Positions 12,253 through 24,100 of a stretch of DNA of 64,000 nt are shown piece by piece. Source of the DNA: Octopus sinensis (Eukaryota). The notes beneath the pieces are model-generated. The model worked only from the letters and a program-made list of their open reading frames with translations. It searched no databases and was not told the DNA's origin. The DNA lies in the NCBI RefSeq assembly GCF_006345805.1, contig NC_043000.1, forward strand, positions 105,896,001-105,960,000, read 5' to 3'. The translations under genes were made by a program, and so were the position numbers. Each line of letters opens with the position of its first letter. Position 1 is the first letter of the stretch.

Positions 12253-13116
12253 TTGAGTTGTCATATAAATTCATTCATTTCTTTCTATTGTTATTTGAAT
12301 TAATACAAAAAATATTTTTATTGTAATGTTTTATTTATTTATTTTTGTAGTTCTATTCTTCCTCTACAACTTTTGCTTGTTTCTAAAATTTGAATAAATT
12401 TTTACCTCTTTTCAGACATATAATGATGTAGTGCCAGGTAGAAGAATATGAGCATTTTCAATAACTGGTTCTCTTTGCTTTCAATCAAGGTTCCAAAGCT
12501 GCTAAAGCCACTCATGACTTTTGTGCCATTTACAGAGAAGGCACTATTCCTGAAAGAACTGCACAGAAATGGTTTTCATGCTGCAAGGAGAAACTCTGCT
12601 TCACATTCTGACCAGCCGGTTCAGTTCAATAAGGATGGATTGAATAAGGCCATACGCAAGAATCCCTGTCAGTCCACTAGGGAATTGGTCCAGTAGATGG
12701 AATGCTTTCATGACACCATTGTCTGTCACCTTCACTCAATGGTGCATGGGTTCTACATGCTCTGAACAAAAGAGAAACTCCAGTCCCAACATTGCTAACT
12801 TGACCCAAATGATATTCAAGAGAAAGTTCTACTGCACTCCTTGTATTCTCTTGATATAGTACCTCCAGATTATTACCATTTTTGGTTATTCTCCAACAGT
12901 TTGCATTCAACAACAATGTGGAGCTAAAAACATGGCTCAAGGAATTCTTTGAGTCAAAACCTGGTGATTTCTAATGTCAAGGCATTGACAAGCTAGTGGA
13001 ATGTTGGCAAAGAGTCGTGAACAATGAAGGAGAATACATTAACTGATTTGTTAAAATTTATGACCAAAATAAAGAATAAAGCAAAAGGAAAAAAATGAAT
13101 TTATTTGACAAGCAAA
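12253..13116 (+). mobile_element. Degenerate, internally deleted mariner transposon
   Basis: TA-flanked imperfect TIRs (ttgagttgtcatataaattcatt / aatgaatttatttgacaagcaaa). Broken transposase with NP.QSTREL, LHSLYS.DI.PPDYYHF and GIDKLVECWQRVVNNEGEYI segments. Confidence 0.8.
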
Positions 13117-13728
13117 TACATCTACTAAGAAACCCTAGAAAGATCATGGGGTATTCCTCTTTAACAAATAGTCTATTACACTGGTAGAAAGTCACAAAAG
13201 TAAAGAAAAACTATTGAATGAATTAATCTAGTATATGACTTGGTTATTGTATATGTTACCCTTAACTTTTCAACTGTTAGTTATAACTATATCACCTTTA
13301 CTGGTCTGAAGAGTGCCAGCTACAGAACCTCTGTGATCACTCAATCTGCTAGAAATAGCAACCAACTTTCACTAACAGCTGTTAAAAAGGAAAGGCATAC
13401 ATGATACATTATGCACGAAAAAGAAAGATTACTATAATTGAAATATTTTTGAGCATAGGGCTGAACAGCAACTGGTTTGTTTTAAACTTTTTGAAGTTAA
13501 TTACTGTAATTTATAATGGTACAGTGAGAGGAAGATGGGAAATTACCATAACCTTTATCCAGGGTGGGAGTAAGAAACTCTGAAGTCTGAATGCTTACAA
13601 GATTCCAAAGGTCCAAGTAGTGGTGTTAAAAACTATCACTCAAGAACAGATACAGTTCATCCAACAGACTTTCACAGTTTCTGTCCACCCAGTTTCACTC
13701 AGAAGGTTTGGGTTGGCTCAGGGTTATA

Positions 13729-15451
13729 CTAGGCTGTCAAGAAAGTTCTCGCAGAATTTTAAATTTTGGTTTTAAATGATGTATTTTCAAATTAATTTTC
13801 GTTAAATTACTTTGACTTTATATATCATTTTAAAGCCCGTTTTTCGCTCTATCTAAGCATGTTACTCTTTTTCTTTTTGAATAATTAGGCCATTTTTCCA
13901 GAACATTGAATAAAACATGGACTAAAAAAGCAAATTTGCACAATTTTCTTATTCCAGTTCAAGCTAGGCCGAAAAGTTGCTGAAAGAGCTCGCGATAGCT
14001 CTGTCTGGCCCCTGTGTCGGTGGCACATAAAAGCACCATCCGTTCGTGTCCGTTGCCAGCCTCGCCTGGCCCCCGTGCCGGTGACACGTAAAAGCACCAT
14101 CCGTTTCGTGGCCGTTTGCCAGCTCTGTCTGGCCCCCGTGTTGGTGGCATGTAAAAGCACCATCCGTTCGTGTCCGTTGCCAGCCTCGCCTGGCCCCCGT
14201 GCCGGTGACACGTAAAAGCACCATCCGTTCGTGGCTGTTTGCCAGCTCTGTCTGGCACCTGTGCGGGTGGCACGTAAAAAGCACCCACTACACTCACGGA
14301 GTGGTTGGCGTTAGGAAGGGCATCCAGCCGTAGAAACACTGCCAGATCTGACTGGGCCTGATGAAGCCTTTCAGCTTCACAGACCCCAGTTGAACCGTCC
14401 AACCCATGCCAGCATGGAAAACGGATGCTAAATGATGATGATGATGATGATGTTTAGCCCAGGAACCATTCATGAATGTACAGCACAATGGTGGTTCAAG
14501 AAATTTCATAGCAGTGACAAGAGTCTTGAAGATAAGCGTAGTGGTTGGCCATCGGATGTTGACAATGATCAACTAAGAGCCTTAGTGGAAGCCAATCCAC
14601 GCATAACTTATTTGAGAGCTTGCTTCTGAATTAGATATAATGTATACAATTTCCAACCATTTGAAAGAGATTGGAAAAACAAAAATACTTGAGAAATGGG
14701 TGCCGCATGAATTGAACGGCAACCAAGAAACAAAATGCCATTTCAAAGTGTTGTCTCCCTTTCTTTTATGCAACAAGAATGACCCGTTTCTCGACCGGAT
14801 TGGGACTTGTGATGAAAAATGGATTCTTTACAACTGGCGTCGCTCAGCTAAGTGGTTGGATGCCGATGAAGCTTCACAGCACTTCTCGAAGCCAAAGTTA
14901 CACCAAAAGAAGGTCATGGTGACTGTTTGGTGGTCTGCAGCCAGTCTCATCCATCTCAGCTTTTTGGATCCAGGCGAAACCATTATGGCAGAGAAGTACT
15001 GTCAGCAAATGGATGAAATGTATAAGAAACTCTGACAACAACAGCCAGCATTGGTCAATAGAAAAGGACCAATTCTTCTCCACAACAACGCTCAGCTGCG
15101 TGTCGCACAACTGACCCTGCAGAAGTTGAACGAATTGAGTTATGCAACTCTGCCTTATCTGCCATACTCACTGGACTTCTTGCCTACCAACTACCACTTT
15201 TTCAAGCATCTCAACTTCCTGCATGAGAAATGCTTAAAAAACCAAGATGATGCCAAACATGCCATCAACAACTTCATCGCCCCCAGAACACAGGATTTTT
15301 ACACTACTGGCATAAATAAACCTGTTTCAAGTTGGCAAAAGTGTGTTGATTCTGATGGTGTTTATTTCGATTAATAAAGTTTTGTTTGAGCCGAGATATG
15401 TGCATCTGAATTTAAAGGTTAAAAACTGCAAGAACTTTCTTGAAAACCTAA
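13729..15451 (+). mobile_element. Mariner (D,D34D, Hsmar1/SETMAR-like) transposon, pseudogenised, about 1.27 kb without the SINE insertion
   Basis: TA|ctaggctgtcaagaaagttctcgcag ... ctgcaagaactttcttgaaaacctaa|TA. Transposase pieces KWVPHEL, RIGTCDEKWILYN, KLHQKKVMVTVWW, PILLHNNA, YSLDFLPTNYHFF (ORFs 14640..15035 and 15051..15374), with stops and frameshifts. Confidence 0.93.
13998..14451 (+). mobile_element. Young family C SINE with an internal 61-63 bp minisatellite, inserted into the mariner
   Basis: Units start at 13998, 14059, 14122, 14183 and 14245; ends ggatgctaaa(tga)n; interrupts the transposase N-terminus. Confidence 0.88.
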
Positions 15452-15584
15452 TAATAGAAGATTGTTGCTTAACTTACTGCACACTGGGATCAAATCAAGA
15501 ATTACATTTGCAGAGTGAACTTTTTAATCCCACAACTATGGCTGTACTTGTCCTTCTCGAGTCATGCGACTATTAAAGGGCTGC

Positions 15585-15780
15585 TTTCCATGGTGTATAA
15601 ACTCCCTACCTGGATGGGACACCAGTCCATTGCAAGATTACTCATTTTTGCCAGCTAAGTAGACTGGAACAATCTGAAATGAAGTGTTTTGTTGAAAAAC
15701 ACGTGTTGCCCAGTCCAGGAATTGAAACAACCATCTTATGATCATGAGTCCAACACCTTAACCACTAAACCATGTGCCTT
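15585..15780 (-). mobile_element. tRNA-derived SINE, same family as 24190-24410
   Basis: Shares gattactcatttttgccagct.agt.gactgga.caa..tgaaatgaagtgttttg with the reverse complement of 24260-24330. Confidence 0.75.
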
Positions 15781-16014
15781 TCCTTTGCCCATTACCTTTA
15801 CGTTTGGAAAAGTAATGTTACACATCAACCATTGGGGATGACACCTTCTGATAAAAGGAGCAACCCAACCTCTCTAATCTATTTTTGAATTTCATCAACC
15901 CTAAAGTTCCCATAACATTCTTTGATTTTTAAGTGTTCAATTACAAAAAAAATTTTTACTAATTGCAATGGTTAGATTTTTCTAGAGGGTCTCAGTTTTA
16001 TCCATACTCTTTAA

Positions 16015-16201
16015 TCCTTTAGCATTTAAACCAGCCATATCCGGTCTAAATATTCTACTTGCTTTATGTTCAAACTGGCCTCTCACCTAAAAATAAGCAT
16101 CTCTCATTCTAAAAATAAGCAACAAGATCATGCATAATTGATTCAAAACAATGTGAATAAATAAGCTTTACATCAGCTAGAGTAATCTGAATACTAAAGG
16201 C
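16015..16201. mobile_element. TTAA-flanked (piggyBac-type) MITE
   Basis: TTAA|tcctttagcatt ... aatactaaaggc|TTAA; same family as 23418-23636 and a partial copy near 63615-63725. Confidence 0.8.
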
Positions 16202-18600
16202 TTAAGTAACTGCTACCATACCATTTGTTTGTCATTTTTCACTGAGATGTAGGGTTATGACGCCATTCCAGGAACCTTTTCTTTATAATTTCTTCTAGCA
16301 TACATTTTTGACATTTAAAAAAAATATTTTAATATTTCTCAGTTTCATAAACACATTAATGACAGATGTAAATTACATCTTTGAGATACCTGTCTTCAAT
16401 GATATAATGAAATTAACTATAAAAGAAAATTAATTCATAATGAAATAAAAAAAAAAAGAAAATCCAATTAAAAAGACAACATTAATCAGTCCATCCTGTG
16501 CATCATATAACTGTTCTGTTTTAGTGTTCCTTATAGGGTGAAGATTTGAGGTTTTCCCTTTCAAGACATGATCAGTCAGTTACATTCCATTTCATCACCA
16601 TATCTCAACACTCACACCTAGAACAGACAGGACTTAAAAGCAGTGCTTGAACACGATCCTGTAGATAAACCATAGAGGACTTAGAAGGCTGATCCCTAGA
16701 CATGGTATCACACAGACCCATCAATGTGTGGACACACCTTCATGATATGTAACCCTTGCCTATGAGTTAAAGAGGCCTTGTAGCTCAAAAGCAAGCTTGA
16801 GAGAACAGGCTGCTAGCAGAGGAAAGTGTAGATAAGACAGTAGATAGCAAAGGGGAATGACAGCCATATCTTTTCCAAGAAAAATCATGTCTTCAGGCTT
16901 TGACTTGGCGGTATAATACAGAGAGAGAGAGAGAGAGAGAGAGATCCATAATAGCCAAAATAAACTAAAAATAACAAGTATTGTTTTTGTATGACCTTAA
17001 CAAAGAACCAAAGAGATGTTTTAGATTCTTTTATTTGATGTTTTTTTTTTTAAATCAGCATTTCTCAAGTATCACATTCAGAATGTTCCTCACATCTCCC
17101 AAACTAAATGATCAACAAGATTGCAGAAATATATAGGGGTAATCTGTTGATCAACATTGACCATGCATTTGCACATGTGCAGAGTGAAGCAACATTTTCT
17201 TTTAGGAAGTCTGACAGTTGCCTATGTCAGTGAGTCTGCTTTCTCCATGTCATTGGTGTTTATCCAAAGAAAGGTCCAGTACAGCCTGGCATTACAGTCA
17301 TTGTAGGCATTTCTGTCAGAATGCAAAGAACTGGAAGAGATAATGCAAGGTATCTTGCCTACTCCCAATAGTTCTGTCCAGGATTGGTACATCTTTATTG
17401 ACCCAAAACGATGAGAGGCAAAGTTGAACATGGCAAGATTTGAACTGCAGTGAATTGGAACAAAAATTGTTCTAACTTCTCTTCCAATTTACCAGGGAAT
17501 TATATTTTACATATAATTAAGTCTGTGAGAGATGGTAAAATTAGTGGAGTATTGGATAAAATAAGCTTGTGATATTGGGTTATGTCCCTTTATGTTCAGC
17601 GTTAATCTTGCTCAAGTTAGCTTTACCTGACATCATTCGATCCCTTTGAAAGCAGGGACCCAGTAAAAACACGATCCAATCACTGAAATCTATAAAAGAA
17701 TATAGCTGAGGACATTTGGTTTAACATGGATTCATTGAGAATATTTGATATGGCTGGTCATATTCATTGGCTGTGATTGAGAGCAAACTGTTACATTTGT
17801 GAAGCAGAGCAAAGTGTAATAGAAGTGAACCAAATAAAGACAATTCAAATATTAAAAAGCAAACATTTAAATATCATTTAAATTCCAGCTGTTTGAAACT
17901 GCTTTTTAATTATGGAAACAGTGATTTACAATGAAGACAGAAAATGACTGAAATTGTTAGGACAATTTTTAGGCACGTCTAAAAGAAAAACATTTTGTCT
18001 CTATGTTAGTGAAGTTTGAAACCATTCCAGTTACCAGACAATTAACAGAAATGAAGATGATATCTTCAGATGAATATATAAAAAATGTTTGAAATATATT
18101 TCACAGCGATACCTGGTGTTCTTACTTGACAAATTTACATGTAATATGAAAAATAAAAAAAAGAAAAAAGAAAAGAAAGAAAGAAAGTGGCATTCAACAT
18201 GGACTTTATTTTCAGAAAAGCATAAAAGACATTCTCAGATGAAAAACAACGGTTCATATGTAACCTGGAAAGCCTAAGAGATAGTCTTGCAACTTCATTA
18301 CATGAGAAATATTTCGACTTCGTTGTCAAACAAGTTTGCACCGGCATTACCTTCACTGTTGCTAATATGGCTTACATTCTTCATTGTTTAAGCACACTGA
18401 TGCTGCCAAAGATGTCTACATCCATCTCTGTCCACACATTCTAAACTTCCCCTCACTACATCTAGGAGAGCCTATATTATCTCCATAAAGAAATAAGCCT
18501 TCATTTACTATATTAGTGTAGGAAGCAACAATGTAGAAATTTACACATTCGCCTACAGTTTGCAATGTTCAGCTTCTTTGATGATGAAAAGCATCATAAC

Positions 18601-20008
18601 TGTTATATGTGTATCATCATCATCATCTTTTAACGTCCGCTTTCCATGCTAGCATGGGTTGGACGGTTCAATTGGGGTCTGGGAAGCCAGAAGGCTGCAC
18701 CAGGCCCAGTCTGATCTGGCAGTTTCTACAGCTGGATGCCCTTCCTAACGCCAGCCACTCTGTGAGTGTAGTGGGTGCTTTTTACGTGCCTGACGAGGCT
18801 GGCAAACAGTCATGATTGGATGGTGCTTTTTACGTGCCCCCAGCACGGAGGCCGGACTAGGCTGGCAACAGCCATATGTGTAAATGTATACATATATATA
18901 TAAATATATCTCCATGATTAGCACTATTTTATTATGCACATTTAGCAGATAGTATGAACTGTGATTAAAGCGAATACACATGTGTCACTCTGCTTTATAC
19001 ATATATAAACATGCTAAGTAAATAAACGCAGTCAACTCATTAACGCCTCCAATGAGTTGTTTTATTGTCCCAAAACAAAACAAAGAAGATATATATAACA
19101 TGGTACCATTACAACAAAACAGGAACACAACAATCCTGAACTTAAACTAATTAACGCTTTGTCTTCAGATATACACGAAAATCCAAAATGGCAGTCCCTG
19201 TTGCTGGTCATGGATTCATAGAAAGTCAGGTGCAGACAGTCAAGAAAACATTAATCAAATACTGTGAAACTAAGGAAGATTCACATCTAGCACTTGTCAT
19301 TACAAGTAACACTTCTGAGGGCTGACATGAAATCCCCAGCAGAAATGCTGAATGGCAGGAAATACAAAACCACTCTGTTAACAAAGATCCAACCTCCTAT
19401 TGACCAAGAAGAGACAAGGGTAAAGCTGGCAGCCACTCAAGAGGAAGACAGAAATATTATAACAAACATGCACAACCAGAAATACTTGGAGGACAACATG
19501 CATACTCAAGATCCTATAACCAAAACATGAATCCCAGTACAAGTTGTCAGTAGAGCTGTAACTCCAAGATCATACATTATAGAGACTGACTTTGGTAGGC
19601 AGCTGAGATGAAAAAGAAACCCACATCTGCCCAACACCAAAACTGCCAAGGATAACATGCACAACATCTCAGACATCAGCACAGAGCACAACAAAGTCTA
19701 CTAGATGTAGACCCAATATCTTACCACCAATTCGATACAGCTAAAAATCATTTTTTTAGAAGAAGGGATGTTATATGTTCATATATGTATGTGTATATAT
19801 ACATAAATATATATATCTCTATCATTAGCACTATTTTGTTATGCGCATTTAGTAGACAGTATGAACTGTGAATAAAGCAAATATGCATGTGTATCACTCT
19901 GCTATATACATATAAAAACATGCTAAGTAAATAAACATGGTCAAAGCATATCAACGCCTCCAATTTGTTTTAGTGTCCCAAAACAAAACAAAGAAGAATG
20001 AATGAACA
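18601..20008 (+). mobile_element. Internally deleted Gypsy-type LTR retroelement (LTR 18601-19100, internal region with integrase tail, LTR 19769-20008)
   Basis: Two diverged 230-240 bp direct repeats, each TGTTATATG...AACA. TGG (PBS-like) follows the 5' LTR at 19101, and the purine tract agaagaaggga (19758-19768) precedes the 3' LTR. The internal region translates, with frameshifts and stops, as GHGFIESQVQTVKKTL..DSHLAL..KSPAEMLNGRKYKTTL...QDPITKT.IPVQVV..TPRSYIIETDFGRQLR. No target-site duplication seen. Confidence 0.85.
18614..18873 (-). mobile_element. Family C SINE inserted into the 5' LTR
   Basis: Flanked by a 9-bp duplication atatgtgta (18605-18613 and 18874-18882). Confidence 0.88.
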
Positions 20009-20329
20009 CCCTACATTTTCGCTCTGGCATAGTATACCATGGACTACATTATCCAAATTATCTTTTTTGTGAAATAAAGTGTGGTTTGAAGTAGATTTAC
20101 CTACTATTTCTAGCTGTTTAAGTAACTATAAGAAATTCCTTCATTAGCTAACAGCAGAAGTGTACAGTATGCACTGCAGTTCTAAGCCTATGAAGGAATT
20201 TTGACACAGGTAGGGCTGGTGGTAGTGGGTGTCATAGTAGCAGCACAAGCAACAGTACAGCTTCAAGACAAAAAACAAATATAGATATTCAATATTTGAG
20301 GAATGTTAATAGGGAAAGAATGAAAAGAG

Positions 20330-20371
20330 AAACAACAACACAATTGAACAAAAAAATATTAATATTTTATA
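20330..20371 (-). terminator. Candidate NDC1 polyadenylation signal (variant TATAAA with a downstream GT/T-rich element)
   Basis: Minus strand reads gTATAAAatattaatatttttttgttcaattgtgttgttgtttctc. I found no canonical AATAAA or ATTAAA on the minus strand between the stop (21087) and 19066. Confidence 0.4.
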
Positions 20372-21086
20372 CCAAGGTTGGCTTGTTCTATGAATTTAAG
20401 CACCCCCAGAGATGGAATAGCCAGTGTTACTGAGCTGTCATGCCAAACAAGGCAAAGAGATCAGTTAAGTGTATTGGGGCAACCTTGTTTCTGGATATAC
20501 TCCAAATTACTGGGGTAGTCTCCACCACAGTACAATGTGAAGATTAGTGGGTTTTTGTTATCCAGATACAATTTTTCCAAAGCTAAGAAATGGTCCTGGA
20601 CAGAAAAAAAAAAGAGAAATTAATATACAAAAGAAGTAGTAATATCTGTTAGAATTAGAGATCAAATAAGCTTGTCAGAAACTGTCATCAGAAAGATCAG
20701 CTGAATATCAATAACAGAGGGAAGCTCAACATTGTTATATTATCTGGTAGAAGACTGCCATATTGTCTTCTTCAGGTGTAACAAAATTCTTGTTAATGAA
20801 GACAATAATTCTGTGATGAAAGTTGAACCATTCTGGCTTTAGTTAATGTTTGGAATCAACATCCTCAATATATATAACTGATATCATGTGACTCCTCTGA
20901 GTACAGAAAAGTTGATTTTTTGAAAAAGTAACTTTCCAGTTATATATAAATATATCTGTATGTTTGGATATTGAGCAGCGAGTTGATAGCAGTTACTTGG
21001 TACTGTTAAAAATCTCCTGGTAGCTGTTTCACTGAGAATGTTGATGAAACTCAATTCCGATTCCAAGGTATGAATTACTCAGTCTT

Positions 21087-21150
21087 TCATTCTTTGTATT
21101 CTAGAAATAACTTGAGGCGTCTTTGGGTTTCGAGACTAAGCCGGAAATCT
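21087..21150 (-). CDS. NDC1: NDC1 exon 17 (terminal coding part), (I)DFRLSLETQRRLKLFLEYKE-stop
   Basis: Acceptor cctttctttacag, TGA at 21089-21087, conserved RL..FLE.KE C-terminus. Confidence 0.95.
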
Positions 21151-24100
21151 CTGTAAAGAAAGGAGGAAAATAACAATAATTTCTAATTAAAGCCAGAAAT
21201 TGGGTAGGGTTGGGTATCTGAGTGAGAATAGTTGATTTAATTGACCTAATAATTATGACAGGCACAGCTGGCTTTATCAGGATAAACTTTCATCTTAGAA
21301 AGTATAGGCAGGCATGCTCATACCTCGCTGGTGCTGTTTAAAAATAACACCCAGTCCACTCTGTAAAGTGGTTGGTTTGAGGAAGGGCATCCACAGCCCT
21401 GAGAACCATGCCAAAACAGATCTTACCAGTGCTGGTGCCACATAAAAAGCACCCAGCACACTCCACTCTGTAAAGTGGTTGACACTAGGAAGGGCATCCA
21501 GCTGTAAATAACCATGACAAAATAGATAGTGGAGCTTGGTGCAGTCCTCTGGTTTGTCAGCGCCTATCAAACTGCCCAATCCATGCCAGTGTGGAAGATG
21601 GATATTAAATGATGATGATGATTTTGTCCAACACTCTGCTGATTCTGCTAGTCTGTCACTTTCATTAATAATTTCTAACAAAACACAAGTGTTAGTGAGC
21701 AGATATAACAGCCAACCAAGGTCATTCAATCTGGTAGAAAAAGCAGCAACATTCTTTCAAGTCCCATTTTAACATCTTTAGAAAGCAAGGATACATTATA
21801 CCATGTAGCCCTGGTTATACATGACAACGAGATGGTCATGGCTGGGATACCTTTGAATGTAGGTTATGTTAAGAGACAGATAACAATAATCCTAAGGGAA
21901 TTATTTGAGTCAACTAGTAGTCTAAAAACAATAATTTATTTTATTAGACCACATTAAACCAAATTTATATAAATCAACCTTTTCTAATGAAATATACAGG
22001 CTATATGTTTCAGATAATTGTAAGCATCAAGACTTTAGAAAAATTTACTAAAACAACTAATGCTTTCATTGGAATTATATAAGTTTAATAAAAACATTAA
22101 AACAAGAGCTGCATCAGATAACCAAAAGTGGTCCCAGGTATTGGTATCAAAAGAGAACATTTACTCCAGTGTTCTATATACACAGCAACCTCTTGCTTAA
22201 AGAAAAAAAAAGTTCTTGCCAGCACTACTTCAGCTAAAAACTCGTTAAATATATTTTACTTGTTCCAGTCATTAGACTGGTCATACTGGTGCACCACCTC
22301 AAAAGGCTTTAGTCAAATAAATTACCCCTAGTACTTATTCTATCAGCCCTTTTGCTGAATTGATAAGTTACAAGGATGGAAACAAACACCAGTTGTTAAG
22401 CAGTGATGGGGAACAAATACACAAAGACACACACACACTTCTTGCAGTTTCTGTTTACCAAATCTGCTCTTAAGGCTTTGGTTGGCCCGAGGCTATAGTA
22501 GAAGGCACTTACCCAAGGTGCCAGGCAGTAGGACTGAACCTGGAACCATGTAGTAGGGAAGCAAACTTCATACTACATAGCCATGCCTATGAATTACAAT
22601 CTCATTATCTGTTTGAGATTACTGAAATCTCGTTACATTAATATTATTGAGGCAATTGCTTTTAAAGCCAAACAACTTCTTTTTCCATTTATAGAGAGAT
22701 GAAATTTTGCTACAGCCAATTTTCATACTATTAATTTTCTTATACTACCATTTGGCAAAAAATGACTTGCTAGACCATGAACTATGAAAAAAATGAAACC
22801 TATTGTTAATCAGGTAGACTGATGCAACTATAGTTGTATTGTGCAGAGATATAAAAAAAAAGTGTTTTATATTAAATAAAAGATCTGAACTGAAGACCTT
22901 GTGATTAGTAGCTTACTAACTTGATCTCATGTACTTTGATTATACATTGATTTAAAAAAAGTTATATGTTTACTTACATGACACATTTTCCAAATGTGTC
23001 AACAATTCGGTATATGGCAGACTTCAAAGCAGAACGGAAGGCATGTCGCAGAGCCAAGTCATGGGAACAGTTGACACCAGTAAGGCTCCGACGTCCAAGA
23101 GTTGATGTCAGTTTGAAATGTCTTTCCACGTTCTAAGATATAAAAAGTTAGGGGGGTAAAAAAACTTTACTAGTTGGAAATCAAAGCAAAATAAAGTGAA
23201 GAAAATAGTGGAACCAGTTTGAAATACAAAATATCTCCATCTTCTCATGGAAAACTAACTTAATCCTTATGTTACTATATTTCTGTTCAAATACATGGCT
23301 TGTGTTTCAATTAATACTGAAAATAAGAATTTAGTAAAATATTTAGTATTAAGCTGGTACTTGAAAAATAAATTAGCATAAAATTTTGATGGAAAGTTTT
23401 AATTTAGGTTACTTTAATCCTTTAGCATTTAAACTGACCATATGCAGCCAAAATATTTTACCTATTTTATGTAAAAACAGGCCAGATCCAGCCCCTCAAA
23501 CCTATCCTACTATGTTAGTCTAAAAATAAACAATCACATAATCGAAATCTCAAAGCTACAAGATAATGCAGGATAAATTCAAAACAATGTGAATAAACAA
23601 CCATTTATTTGGTGGAATAATCTGAATGCTAAAGGGTTAAAACAAAGTTTGTATCATATAATCAGGGGTAATCTCAAGGGATTGGCATCAAAAGAGTTAA
23701 TAACAGAAATTTTTGCAGTTTACAAATGAAAACTGGTTGGTTTGTCATATTCTTATATTAGACACATGGTTACAATTTTAGGAAAGGGAACAGGAAGATG
23801 TAGAATAAATGACGTAACACAAAGGATAGGAAAAAATGAAAAGGACGGGAAGTAGAATGTGGTAAAAGTTTTCATTTGAAATAAGTAAACATACAGATTA
23901 TTAGGCTTTTCATTTCAGTGATAATGGCAAGTCAAATTCATCAAGGTTAAAGCTTTGTCATCTGTTATCCAGTTCATCATCATCACATTGCAGGTTTTCA
24001 GCAGAGTTCACTTTGGTGTAAATGTAAAGATAGCCCATAAGTATTTGGTGTCTCCACCCATTCCTCACCAGTTTCAAAGGACCAGTAAAATAATAATTAC

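Noticed and set aside
13998-14290. CRISPR-like periodicity
   Set aside because: Whole units repeat with no unique spacers, there are no cas genes, and the context is a eukaryotic SINE.
14640-15374. Functional SETMAR-like or mariner transposase gene
   Set aside because: Stops, frameshifts, a SINE insertion and D-to-N changes at catalytic positions; no SET domain exons.
17480-18600. Unique-looking sequence that might be a second gene or an extended 3' UTR
   Set aside because: No consistent open frame with splice signals on either strand; nothing can be supported from sequence alone.
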